This document shows, one piece after another, positions 25,796 to 34,086 of a DNA stretch of 37,039 nucleotides; positions within the stretch are counted from its first letter, which is position 1; each line of letters starts with the position of its first letter. Origin of the DNA: Rhodospirillaceae bacterium (GTDB lineage Bacteria; Pseudomonadota; Alphaproteobacteria; CADEGL01); the NCBI GenBank assembly GCA_018699755.1, contig JABIRQ010000113.1:1-37039 (forward strand). Direction: 5' to 3'. A program made the position numbers and the translations under genes. The notes below the pieces were generated by a model. It did no database searches. It worked only from the letters and a program-made list of their open reading frames with translations, and was not told the DNA's origin.

Positions 25796-26674
25796 TCAGA
25801 GGCCGATGCCGGAGCCGAACCGGGGCATCAGGGCGCCGCGCAGCTTGTCCAGGGCGATCGCTTCGAGCTGACGCACCCGCTCCTTCGACAGGCCGAGCTC
25901 GGCCGCGAGGGCAGCAAAGGTGGTCTTGGCCTCGTCCATATATCGGCGTCGGATGATGACCTGTTCGCGGGCGTCCAGCGCCTGCATCGCCCGCCCGATC
26001 GCGTCGCGGAAGAAATGCGCCTCGCTGGCTTGGGCGACTGCCTCTTCCGGCGTCGGGCGTTCGTCGCGGACATGGTCGATCCAGTCCTCGCGCACTTCCT
26101 CGCCCTGGCCCCGCGCCCCGGCCGGGGCGTTGAGCGACCAGTCGGACCGGGCCACGCGCCCGGCCGTCGAAAGGACGTCGCGCAGGGGCAGGCCGAAATG
26201 GCGCGACAGGTTGTGGGCGACTTCGTCGCCCAGGGCGTCGGCGCCCTCGGCGATATCCGCACGGAACTTGCGCAGGTGCAGGAACAGGGCCTTCTGCGCC
26301 GCCGTCGTGCTGACCCGCACGACCGACCAGGAGCGCACGACGTGTTCCTGGATCGAGGCGCGGATCCACCACATGGCATAGGTCGAGAGGCGGGTGTCGC
26401 GCTCCGGATTGAAGCGGCGGACGGCCTGGATCAGCCCGACCGTGCCGGCCTGGACCAGATCGGCCATGGGCAGGCCGAAGCTGCGATAGGTGCGTGCGAT
26501 CTTGATGACGAAGCGCAGATGGCTCAGCACCAGGCGGTTGGAGGCGGCATGATCGCCCGCGCGGCTGCGCGCGGCGAGGGCCCGTTCCTCCTCGCGGCTC
26601 AACATCGGTTGGCGGCGCACTTCGCGCAGATAGTTCGCCGCCAGACTGAAGCGGCTTTCCCGCCCCTTTTTCAT
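25796..26674 (-). CDS. rpoH: RNA polymerase sigma-32 (heat-shock) factor RpoH
   Basis: Region 2 is LVLSHLRFVIKIARTY...GLIQAVRRFNPERDTRLSTYAMWWIRASI. The RpoH-box-like sequence is AQKALFLHLRKF. ATG 26674 (MKKGRESRF...) is preferred over 26758. Confidence 0.93.
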   Translation of the reverse strand: MKKGRESRFSLAANYLREVRRQPMLSREEERALAARSRAGDHAASNRLVLSHLRFVIKIARTYRSFGLPMADLVQAGTVGLIQAVRRFNPERDTRLSTYAMWWIRASIQEHVVRSWSVVRVSTTAAQKALFLHLRKFRADIAEGADALGDEVAHNLSRHFGLPLRDVLSTAGRVARSDWSLNAPAGARGQGEEVREDWIDHVRDERPTPEEAVAQASEAHFFRDAIGRAMQALDAREQVIIRRRYMDEAKTTFAALAAELGLSKERVRQLEAIALDKLRGALMPRFGSGIGL

Positions 26675-26879
26675 ACGGTTTTCCCGGCGTTCCGGTCCCA
26701 AAACTCTATAGGGAATTCCATGGGCGCGCAGCATCGCACAGGCGGCGGACGAGGCCAATGGGTTCCTTGGGCGTCCCGGCGAGACTCCCTTTTTCGGCGC
26801 CTTCGCCCTGCGTCTTTCGCTTGTTCGGTCGGGGCGACGAACCTATTTCTGGGTGAGGACAATGCGAAGGAGCCGGACC

Positions 26880-27506
26880 ATGGCGACCGAAACCTCCACC
26901 GAAGACCGCGTCATCGACGCGGCGCTCGATCTCGCGGCCTCCCAGGGCTGGCGCGGCCTCGGGTTGCGCGAGATTGCCGCCGCGGCGGGGGTCGGCTTGG
27001 CTGAGCTATATGACGCTTTCCCGGGCAAGGATGCGATCCTCGACGGCTATGCCCGCCGGCTCGACCGGGCGGCCCTGGCGGGCGAGGGCCTGGACATGGC
27101 CGGGGAGCCGGCCCGCGATCGCCTGTTCGATACCGTCATGCGCCGCCTGGACCTGATGGAACCGCACAAGGCGGCCATCGCCGCCATCCTCCACGACGTC
27201 ACCCGCGATCCGCTCTGGGCCGCATGCCATGCCCCCGGTTTCCTGCGTTCGATCGACTGGCTGCTCGAGGCGGCCGATCTGCGCGCGGCGCGCTGCCGGG
27301 GCGCGCTGCGCCGGGCCGGCCTCGCCGCCATCTATCTCGATACGATCCGGGTCTGGCTGCGAGACGACAGCCCGGACCTGGCCCGCACCATGGCGGCGCT
27401 CGACCGCCGCTTGCGTCAGGCTGACGGCGCCATGCGCTTTCTGGCGCGCGGGCCGCGCCGTCCCGATACCTGGACGGATGAGGCGGAATCTCCCGCAGCG
27501 CGCTGA
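26880..27506 (+). CDS. TetR/AcrR family transcriptional regulator
   Basis: The N-terminal HTH is RVIDAALDLAASQGWRGLGLREIAAAAGVGLAELYDAFPGKDAIL. GAAGGAG lies 7 nt before ATG 26880. Confidence 0.85.
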   Translation: MATETSTEDRVIDAALDLAASQGWRGLGLREIAAAAGVGLAELYDAFPGKDAILDGYARRLDRAALAGEGLDMAGEPARDRLFDTVMRRLDLMEPHKAAIAAILHDVTRDPLWAACHAPGFLRSIDWLLEAADLRAARCRGALRRAGLAAIYLDTIRVWLRDDSPDLARTMAALDRRLRQADGAMRFLARGPRRPDTWTDEAESPAAR

Positions 27507-27602
27507 GGGTATTCGTTTTTTTGTTGGGAATCTCATAAAAATTCGCAGAATATATGGGAATTAGGCGCTTCAGTAATTTATGGTGCAGTGCAAAATAATC
27601 CA

Positions 27603-27655
27603 TTGACATCGGCCGGGCCGGGGATCATATTGCCTATCACATGCTGCAGTGCAGC
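27603..27655 (+). promoter_or_regulatory. Putative sigma70-type promoter plus palindromic operator upstream of the phasin gene
   Basis: TTGACA (27603-27608), 17 nt, then CATATT (27626-27631). The perfect palindrome GCTGCAGTGCAGC (27643-27655) contains CTGC-N3-GCAG. A half-related TGCAGTGCA sits at 27584-27592. Confidence 0.5.
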
Positions 27656-27693
27656 AACTGATATTCGACACACCGCCCGCAATGGAGATGACA

Positions 27694-28152
27694 ATGGCCA
27701 AGACTGGCACCGACTTCGCCAACTTCGATTTCAGCAAGGTCATGGGTGATTTCCGCATGCCCAATGTGGATTTCGACGCCCTGATGGCTTACCACCGCAA
27801 GAACTTCGAGGCCGTCGCGACCGCGAACAAGCTCGCCGTCGAAGGCTTCCAGAAGATGGCCCTGCGTCAGGGCGAGCTCGCCCGCGCCGCCGCCGAGAAG
27901 GCCGGCAAGGACGCCCAGGCGCTCTTCACCGCCGGTACGCCGGAGGAGACGGTCGCGAAGCAGGCCGCTTCCGCGAAGGAAGGCCTCGACACCGCCCTCG
28001 CCGGCTATCGCGAGATGAGCGGCATGGTCGCCGAGACCACCGACAAGACCGTCGACGTCGTCACCAAGCGGATGACCGCTGGCATGGACGAGGTCAAGGG
28101 CCTGTTCGGCAAGAATGGCGCGACTGCCAAGAACGGCGCGGCCGCGAAGTAA
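27694..28152 (+). CDS. phaP: Phasin family protein (PHA granule-associated)
   Basis: MAKTGTDFANFDFSKVMGDFRMPNVDFDALMAYHRKNFEAVATANKLAVEGFQ... This is an Ala-rich helical protein typical of alphaproteobacterial phasins. GGAG lies 6 nt before the ATG. Confidence 0.85.
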   Translation: MAKTGTDFANFDFSKVMGDFRMPNVDFDALMAYHRKNFEAVATANKLAVEGFQKMALRQGELARAAAEKAGKDAQALFTAGTPEETVAKQAASAKEGLDTALAGYREMSGMVAETTDKTVDVVTKRMTAGMDEVKGLFGKNGATAKNGAAAK

Positions 28153-28176
28153 CGCGCTCGCCGTATCGTTGCGGAA

Positions 28177-28210
28177 GGGGCCGTCCGAGAGGACGGCCCC
28201 TTTCTCTTTC
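28177..28210 (+). terminator. Rho-independent terminator of the phasin gene
   Basis: GGGGCCGTCC-gaga-GGACGGCCCC is a perfect 10-bp stem, followed by TTTCTCTTTC. Confidence 0.9.
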
Positions 28211-28303
28211 GGCTGTCCTTTCCCCGGGTCTCGCCGGTTGTCCCGTGCGCGGCGCGGGTGCTAGCGTCCGTCGCCGTCAACAGCCGGGAAACTTGGGGAC
28301 ACC

Positions 28304-28639
28304 ATGACCATCGGATTCGACGACTTCCTGAAGGTCGATATCCGCGTCGGCACGATCGTCGATGCCCAGCCCTTCCCCGAGGCGCGGCGCCCGGCCTGTC
28401 GCCTTTGGGTCGATTTCGGTGCGGAGCTGGGGATCAAGAAGACCTCGGCCCAGGTCACCAAACACTACGAGTTGGATTCGCTGCCGGGGCGCCAGGTCGC
28501 CGCGGTGGTGAACTTCCCGCCCAAGCAGATCGGCCCGGTCATGTCGGAAGTCCTGGTTCTGGGCTTTCCCGACGAGGACGGCGAGGTCGTCATGGTCGGG
28601 GTCGACCGCCCGGTCCCGAACGGCGGCCGGCTCTTCTAG
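28304..28639 (+). CDS. csaA: tRNA-binding protein CsaA (EMAP/OB-fold domain)
   Basis: FLKVDIRVGTIVDAQPFPEARRPACRLWVDFG...KKTSAQVT...VVNFPPKQIGPVMSEVLVLG. Confidence 0.88.
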   Translation: MTIGFDDFLKVDIRVGTIVDAQPFPEARRPACRLWVDFGAELGIKKTSAQVTKHYELDSLPGRQVAAVVNFPPKQIGPVMSEVLVLGFPDEDGEVVMVGVDRPVPNGGRLF

Positions 28640-28654
28640 CCTCGATCCGTTTCC

Positions 28655-30001
28655 CTATAGAGGCAGGCGGACGGTGGCCAGCAGGCCACCCATCTCGGAT
28701 GTCCCCAGGCTGATTTCGCCGCCATGGCGGCGCACCGTGTCGCGGGCGATGGCCAAGCCGAGGCCGACGCCGCCGGTTTCCGGGTTGCGCGACCGCTCGA
28801 TCCGGTAGAAGGGTCGGAAGACCTCCGTGCGCTGTTCCTCCGGGATGCCCGGGCCGTCGTCCTCGACCGCGACTTCCACGGCCTTGCGGTCGCGTTGGGC
28901 GGTAATCCGGATATGGTCGCCATGGCGCGCCGCGTTCTCGACCAGGTTGGTCAGGGCGCGTTTCATGGCGGTCGGCCGGACCGTCAGGCGCAGCGCTTCC
29001 TCCGCCTTCAGGGTCACATCCTCGCCGTTGCGCCGGGCGGCCGATGCGACCTCGCCGAGCAGCGCCCCCAGATCGATCTCGACCGCGCTTTCCTCGTCCT
29101 CGCCCCGGGCGAAGGCGAGATAGCCGTCGATCATTCTTTCCATCTCGGCGATGTCCGAGCGCAGTTCGGCGATGCCGTCGGATTGGGGCAGCAGGGCGAG
29201 TTGCAGGCGCATGCGGGTCAGCGGCGTGCGCAGATCGTGGCTGACCCCGGACAGCATGTCGGTGCGCTGGCTGATCTGGCGCTGGATGCGGTCGCGCATG
29301 TCCAGGAAGGCGGCCGAGGCTTGGCGCACCTCCGTCGCGCCCGCCGGTTTGAACTCCGGATGGTCGCGCCCCTTGCCGAAATCGTCGGCGGCGATCGCCA
29401 GCCGCCGGATCGGGCGCACCTGGTTGCGCATGAACAGGGTGGCGACGGCGAAGAGGATGAGCGAAGAGCCGACCATCCACATCACGAAGATGTAGGTCGT
29501 CGAACTGAACAGCCGCTTGCGGGGCACGAAGATCTGCAACACCGCGTCCGGCAGTTGGACATTGACCTCGATCAGGCGTTCGTAGGACGCGGTGTCGAAG
29601 GTCACCGGGCGGCGCACCCGGTCGTTGAACTGGTGGACCAGGGTGCGTTCGAGGATTCCGTCGCCGGTCACCGTGGGCATGTCGGGCGACAGGACTTCGC
29701 CGGGCTTGATGGTGATCTGAAGGTTCAGGTTGTTGCGCGCCAGCTCGACGATGTCCGCCTGGCCTTCCGGCGTCGGGTTCTCGTCCAGCAGCCGGATGAG
29801 GGCCGAAACCTCGCCGGTGAATCCGCCGACCAGGCGCCGCGTGACCGTATCCCAATGGCGATCGTAGAAGATGATCGTCGAGATCACCTGCAGCAGGATC
29901 AGTGGGGTGACGATGATCAGCAGCGAACGGCCGAGCAAGGAGCGCGGCAGCAGGTGCTTGGCGGCGGCAAAGGTGCGGTTCACGGCGAGCGGGGCTCGCA
30001 T
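28655..30001 (-). CDS. Two-component sensor histidine kinase (EnvZ-like)
   Basis: Two TM segments. The H-box is SGVSHDLRTPLTRMRL, with an N-box NLVENAARHG and G-boxes DDGPGIP and GGVGLGLAI. Confidence 0.9.
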   Translation of the reverse strand: MRAPLAVNRTFAAAKHLLPRSLLGRSLLIIVTPLILLQVISTIIFYDRHWDTVTRRLVGGFTGEVSALIRLLDENPTPEGQADIVELARNNLNLQITIKPGEVLSPDMPTVTGDGILERTLVHQFNDRVRRPVTFDTASYERLIEVNVQLPDAVLQIFVPRKRLFSSTTYIFVMWMVGSSLILFAVATLFMRNQVRPIRRLAIAADDFGKGRDHPEFKPAGATEVRQASAAFLDMRDRIQRQISQRTDMLSGVSHDLRTPLTRMRLQLALLPQSDGIAELRSDIAEMERMIDGYLAFARGEDEESAVEIDLGALLGEVASAARRNGEDVTLKAEEALRLTVRPTAMKRALTNLVENAARHGDHIRITAQRDRKAVEVAVEDDGPGIPEEQRTEVFRPFYRIERSRNPETGGVGLGLAIARDTVRRHGGEISLGTSEMGGLLATVRLPL

Positions 30002-30014
30002 GGCGGGGCCGCTC

Positions 30015-30710
30015 TCAATCCGGCCGCAGAACGTAACCGGCCCCGCGCACGGTCTGGAGGTAGCGGGGAATCTTCGGGTCCGGCTCGATCTTGCGGCGCA
30101 GGCGCGTGACTTGGACGTCGATCGTCCGGCTGGCCGCGTCGCCGTCGCCGACCTCCACCCGCAGCTCTTCGCGCGAAAAGGTGCGCCCGGCTTGGCGGGC
30201 CAGGGTCGCCAGCAGCCTGGCTTCGGTCTCGGTCAGCTTCACCGGCATGCCCTCGCGGCTCAACTCGGCCCGGTCGATGTCGAACCGGAGGGCGCCGAAC
30301 GCGACCTCGCCGCCCGGCTCCTGCTCGAACGGCGCGGCCGGCGCGCGCCGCAGGACGCTGCGGATGCGCGCCACGAGTTCGCGCGGTTCGAACGGCTTGG
30401 GCAGATAGTCGTCGGCCCCCAGTTCTAGCCCGGCGATGCGGTCCTCGGGCTCGCCCATGGCGGTCAGCATCAGGATCGGCACCGCGCTGTTCTTGCGCAG
30501 GGCGCCGGCCAGGTCCAGGCCGCTCTCGCCCGGCATCATGACGTCGAGGATCAACAGATCGAAGGCGATATGGCCCATCTGCCCCCGAGCTTCCGCGGAG
30601 TCCGCGGCCGTGGTCACGCGGAAGCCGTTCTCGCTGAGGAACTTGCGCAACAGCTCGCGAAGCCGGTTGTCGTCGTCCACCACCAGGATATGCGGCCGTT
30701 CCTCCTGCAT
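30015..30710 (-). CDS. ompR: OmpR-family response regulator
   Basis: The receiver is ILVVDDD...DLLILDVMMPG...LTA. The winged-helix output is ...LTETEARLL...RTIDVQVTRLRRKIE...IQTVRGAGYVL. Confidence 0.92.
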   Translation of the reverse strand: MQEERPHILVVDDDNRLRELLRKFLSENGFRVTTAADSAEARGQMGHIAFDLLILDVMMPGESGLDLAGALRKNSAVPILMLTAMGEPEDRIAGLELGADDYLPKPFEPRELVARIRSVLRRAPAAPFEQEPGGEVAFGALRFDIDRAELSREGMPVKLTETEARLLATLARQAGRTFSREELRVEVGDGDAASRTIDVQVTRLRRKIEPDPKIPRYLQTVRGAGYVLRPD

Positions 30711-30717
30711 GGCCGGA

Positions 30718-31215
30718 CTATATCGCCGGCCGCCGCCCGCTCCTAGGCGCGCGGCTCTCCTCGGGGTCGGCCATGCGCGCCAGCACTTCGCGGAAGGCGG
30801 TCACGGCTTCGGGCCCGGCATCGCTATAGGCCCGTTGGACCCGGCAGCGCTGGCATTCGAACAGCTCGGCCTCGAGCGCCATGCCCGCCTCTGTCAGGGC
30901 CAGCAGGCGTTGGCGCCGGTCGTTGGGCCCGGGGCGCTGGCGCACCAGATCGGCCTGGACCAGTTCGGCCAGGACCCGGCTCAGACTCTGCTTGGTGATG
31001 CGCAGGATCGCGAGCAATCCGCCCACCGTGATGTCGGGATTCCCGCCGATGAAATGGAGCGCGCGATGATGGGCATGGCCCAGGCCGGCCCGGTACAAGC
31101 AGCCCTCCAGATCGCGCGCCAGATCGCGCTGGACGAAGAACAGCAGGTCGAGCCCCAGGCGCAGCTCGTCCTCGCGCAGGTAGAGCAGCCTTGCGCCGGG
31201 ATGCTGGTCCGCCAT
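30718..31215 (-). CDS. MarR family transcriptional regulator
   Basis: HHRALHFIGGNPDITVGGLLAILRITKQSLSRVLAELVQADLVRQRPGPNDRRQRLLALTEAG. ATG 31215. The 543-aa ORF in the track is a 5' extension antisense to ilvE. Confidence 0.87.
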   Translation of the reverse strand: MADQHPGARLLYLREDELRLGLDLLFFVQRDLARDLEGCLYRAGLGHAHHRALHFIGGNPDITVGGLLAILRITKQSLSRVLAELVQADLVRQRPGPNDRRQRLLALTEAGMALEAELFECQRCRVQRAYSDAGPEAVTAFREVLARMADPEESRAPRSGRRPAI

Positions 31216-31290
31216 GTTGACACCCCCATAGGCCGGTGATAGCAACGATTCCTTGCGTTTCTTACAGCAATTCAGTGCAGGACGGGACCG

Positions 31291-32190
31291 ATGTCTCTGC
31301 TTCCCTATGACGACCGCGACGGCGTGATCTGGTTCGACGGCGAATTCGTGCCCTGGCGCGAGGCCAAGCTGCACGTCCTGTCCCACGGGCTGCACTACGC
31401 GAGCTGCGTGTTCGAAGGCGAACGGGTCTACAACGGCCACACCTTCAAGCTGACCCCCCATACCGAGCGGCTGCACCATTCCGCCAAGGTCCTGGGCTTC
31501 GAAATTCCCTATTCGGTCGCCGAGATCGACGAAGCTTGCCGCGGCCTGATCCGCGAGAACAAGCTGGTCGACGGCTATATCCGCCCGGTCGCCTGGCGCG
31601 GCAGCGAGATGATGGGCGTCTCGGCCCAGCAGTCGAAGATTCATCTCGCCATCGCGTCCTGGGAATGGCCGGCCTATTTCTCGCCCGAGGCGCGGATGGA
31701 AGGCATCCGCATGAAGATTTCGCCCTGGCGGCGGCCCGGCCCGGACACCGCGCCGACCGACAGCAAGGCCGCCGGCCTCTATATGATCTGCACCCTGTCC
31801 AAGCACATGGCCGAGGCCGAGGGCTACAACGACGCACTGATGTTCGACTATCGCGGCCGCATCGCCGAGGCGACGGGCGCCAACATCTTCTTCGTGCGCG
31901 ACGGTGAACTGCACACGCCGGACCCGGACTGCTTCCTCAACGGCATCACCCGGCGCACCGTGATGGATCTGGCCCGCAAGCGCGGCTACGTCATCCACGA
32001 GCGCGCGATCATGCCCGATGAGCTGCCCAGCTTCTCCGAGGCATTTATCGTCGGCACGGCCGTCGAAGTGACCCCGGTGCGCGAGATCGACGAGCACAGG
32101 TTCAAGGCGGGCGAAATGACCGTGAACCTGCTCAAGGACTACGACGCCCTGGTCCGCGAGGCCGGCGCCCAATCTGCCGCCGCCGAATAG
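31291..32190 (+). CDS. ilvE: Branched-chain amino acid aminotransferase
   Basis: IWFDGEFVPWREAKLHVLSHGLHYASCVFEGERVY...YIRP...DSKAAGLYM...EATGANIFFV...GITR. Confidence 0.93.
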   Translation: MSLLPYDDRDGVIWFDGEFVPWREAKLHVLSHGLHYASCVFEGERVYNGHTFKLTPHTERLHHSAKVLGFEIPYSVAEIDEACRGLIRENKLVDGYIRPVAWRGSEMMGVSAQQSKIHLAIASWEWPAYFSPEARMEGIRMKISPWRRPGPDTAPTDSKAAGLYMICTLSKHMAEAEGYNDALMFDYRGRIAEATGANIFFVRDGELHTPDPDCFLNGITRRTVMDLARKRGYVIHERAIMPDELPSFSEAFIVGTAVEVTPVREIDEHRFKAGEMTVNLLKDYDALVREAGAQSAAAE

Positions 32191-32213
32191 CGCGGCGAGC
32201 GCGAACAACGAGA

Positions 32214-32246
32214 CGGCGGGACCTGCGGGCCCCGCCGTTTTCTTTT
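32214..32246 (+). terminator. Rho-independent terminator of ilvE
   Basis: CGGCGGG...CCCGCCG stem followed by TTTTCTTTT. Confidence 0.8.
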
Positions 32247-32305
32247 GGAACCGTTTTCTTTTAGAAGTGGCCAGGCGCCTGCGTTGGGTCGAAAGAGGCG
32301 GGAAC

Positions 32306-33007
32306 ATGAAAAAGATCGGCGTAATCGGCGGCTTGAGCTGGGTTTCCACCGCGGAATACTACCGCCGGATCAACGAGATGGTTCAGGAGCGCCTGGGCGG
32401 GGTGCATTCCGCCGATCTGGTCATGGCCAGTGTGGACCGGCAGGACTATGTCGATGCCGTGATCGAACGGCGGGACGAGGCCGCCGCCGGCGATGTCGTC
32501 CTGAACGCGGCCCGGTCGCTGGAGGCCGCCGGCGTCGATTTCATCGTGATCAGCTGCAACGACGCCCATCGCTTCGTGCCGCGCATGGAAGGCGAGGTAT
32601 CGATTCCCTTCCTGCACATCGCCGACGCGACGGCCGGCGCGATTCGCGAGCGGGGCCAGAAGACCGTCGCCCTGATCGGCGTGCGCAAGACGATGGAGGG
32701 CGGATTCTACGCCGACCGTCTGTCGGCTCATGGCATTGCCACCATCCTGCCGGAGGAGGACGAGAAGGCGTATCTGCACGCCTCCATCTTCGACGAACTG
32801 GTGAAGGACGTCTTCCTGGACACGACCCGCGCGCGCTATGTCGATCTGGTCGGCAGCCTCCATGATCGGGGCGCGGAGGGGGTCGTCCTCGGCTGCACGG
32901 AAATCCCTCTGCTGATCGTCGAGACGGATACCGAAGTGCCCCTCTACGCGACGACCGAGATCCACTGCCGCGCGGCCGTGGACATGGCGCTGGCGGAAAC
33001 TTCCTAG
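32306..33007 (+). CDS. Aspartate/glutamate racemase family protein
   Basis: MKKIGVIGGLSWVSTAEYYRRIN...VISCNDAH...LGCTEIPLL contains the two Cys motifs. ATG 32306 is preferred. Confidence 0.85.
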   Translation: MKKIGVIGGLSWVSTAEYYRRINEMVQERLGGVHSADLVMASVDRQDYVDAVIERRDEAAAGDVVLNAARSLEAAGVDFIVISCNDAHRFVPRMEGEVSIPFLHIADATAGAIRERGQKTVALIGVRKTMEGGFYADRLSAHGIATILPEEDEKAYLHASIFDELVKDVFLDTTRARYVDLVGSLHDRGAEGVVLGCTEIPLLIVETDTEVPLYATTEIHCRAAVDMALAETS

Positions 33008-33066
33008 GGTGCCGCGAGCTTTCCGGAGCATTTGGAACCGGCTCTGCGATGCGGCCAGTCTTGGTC

Positions 33067-33269
33067 GCCCACCCTCACCCAGCTTCGGGTAGGGCTTGGC
33101 TTCGCTGCGCCGACCCCGCGCAACCCTCTTCCCTCGATCCCGGGTGGAGAGGGGAGAATTTGTGTCCTTGAATATCGAAAGCAGCTTCTTCTTGTCCCTC
33201 GCCCCCTACCAGGGGGAGAGGGTTGCGCAGCCTTGGCGCTTTCGCGCCTAGGCGAAGCTGGGTGAGGGG
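33067..33269. repeat. 203-bp nested palindromic MITE-like / intergenic mosaic element
   Basis: The outer inverted repeat is 16 bp and perfect: CCCTCACCCAGCTTCG (left) with CGAAGCTGGGTGAGGG (right). The inner inverted repeat is GCGCAACCCTCTTCCC (33117-33132) with GGGAGAGGGTTGCGC (33213-33227), differing by one indel. It lies between convergent genes. Confidence 0.85.
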
Positions 33270-33331
33270 GATGGAGCCGGGAAGCTGCAGTATCGAATAC
33301 CCGGAGTGGACCACCCAGAACTGAATTTGAT

Positions 33332-33790
33332 TCAGCCGTCCTCGGCCCAACGGGCGGCGGCTTCGTCGTCGGCCTCTCGGGCGTCGGCCCATTGCTCGCC
33401 CTCGACGCCCTCTTCCAGCTTCCAGAAGGGCGCCTTGGTCTTGAGCCAGTCGATCAGGAAGGCGCAGGCTTCCAGGGCGGCCTTGCGGTGGGACGAGGCG
33501 GCGGCGACGAAGACGATGCGCTCTCCCGGCTCCAGCCGGCCGTAGCGATGGACGATCAGGCTGGCCTCGAGCGGCCAGCGCCGGTGCGCCTCGGCCTCGA
33601 TCTCTTCCAGCTTGCGTTCCGTCATGCCGGGATAATGTTCGAGGGTCATGGCGCGGATTCCCCCGGCGCCCTTTTCATCGCGCACGATGCCGGTGAAACT
33701 GGCCACCGCGCCGATATCCCGCCGGCCCTCGCTGAGGGCCTCCATCTCGCGGCCCGGATCGAAATCCTCGCGCTGGACCCGCACCGCCAT
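33332..33790 (-). CDS. moaE: Molybdopterin synthase catalytic subunit MoaE
   Basis: GAVASFTGIVRD...LEHYPGMTE...IVHRYGRLEPGERIVFVAAASSHRKAA...LKTKAPFWK. Confidence 0.93.
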   Translation of the reverse strand: MAVRVQREDFDPGREMEALSEGRRDIGAVASFTGIVRDEKGAGGIRAMTLEHYPGMTERKLEEIEAEAHRRWPLEASLIVHRYGRLEPGERIVFVAAASSHRKAALEACAFLIDWLKTKAPFWKLEEGVEGEQWADAREADDEAAARWAEDG

Positions 33791-33804
33791 CTCAGCCGCC
33801 CGTC

Positions 33805-34065
33805 TCAGCCACCGGTCACCGGCGGGAAGAAGGCGACTTCGTCGCCCTCGGCGACCGGATGATCGGGATCGACATAGTCCTGGTTGACGGCGATCCGCAC
33901 CGCCTCGCGCCGGGCGAAGGCCTTGGCATGGCCCGGCCCGCGCGCTTCCAGCCAGTCCATCAGGCCGGCGACATCGCGCACCGTGTCCGGAGCCTCGACG
34001 GCCTCGGCCCCGGTGCCGACGCGGGTGCGCATCCAGGCGAAATAGCGAATCTGCAGGGTCGTCAT
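33805..34065 (-). CDS. moaD: Molybdopterin synthase sulfur carrier subunit MoaD
   Basis: 86 aa, ending in EVAFFPPVTGG (C-terminal GG), directly upstream of moaE. Confidence 0.9.
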   Translation of the reverse strand: MTTLQIRYFAWMRTRVGTGAEAVEAPDTVRDVAGLMDWLEARGPGHAKAFARREAVRIAVNQDYVDPDHPVAEGDEVAFFPPVTGG

Positions 34066-34086
34066 GGCAGTGGGGTCATGGGCGGC

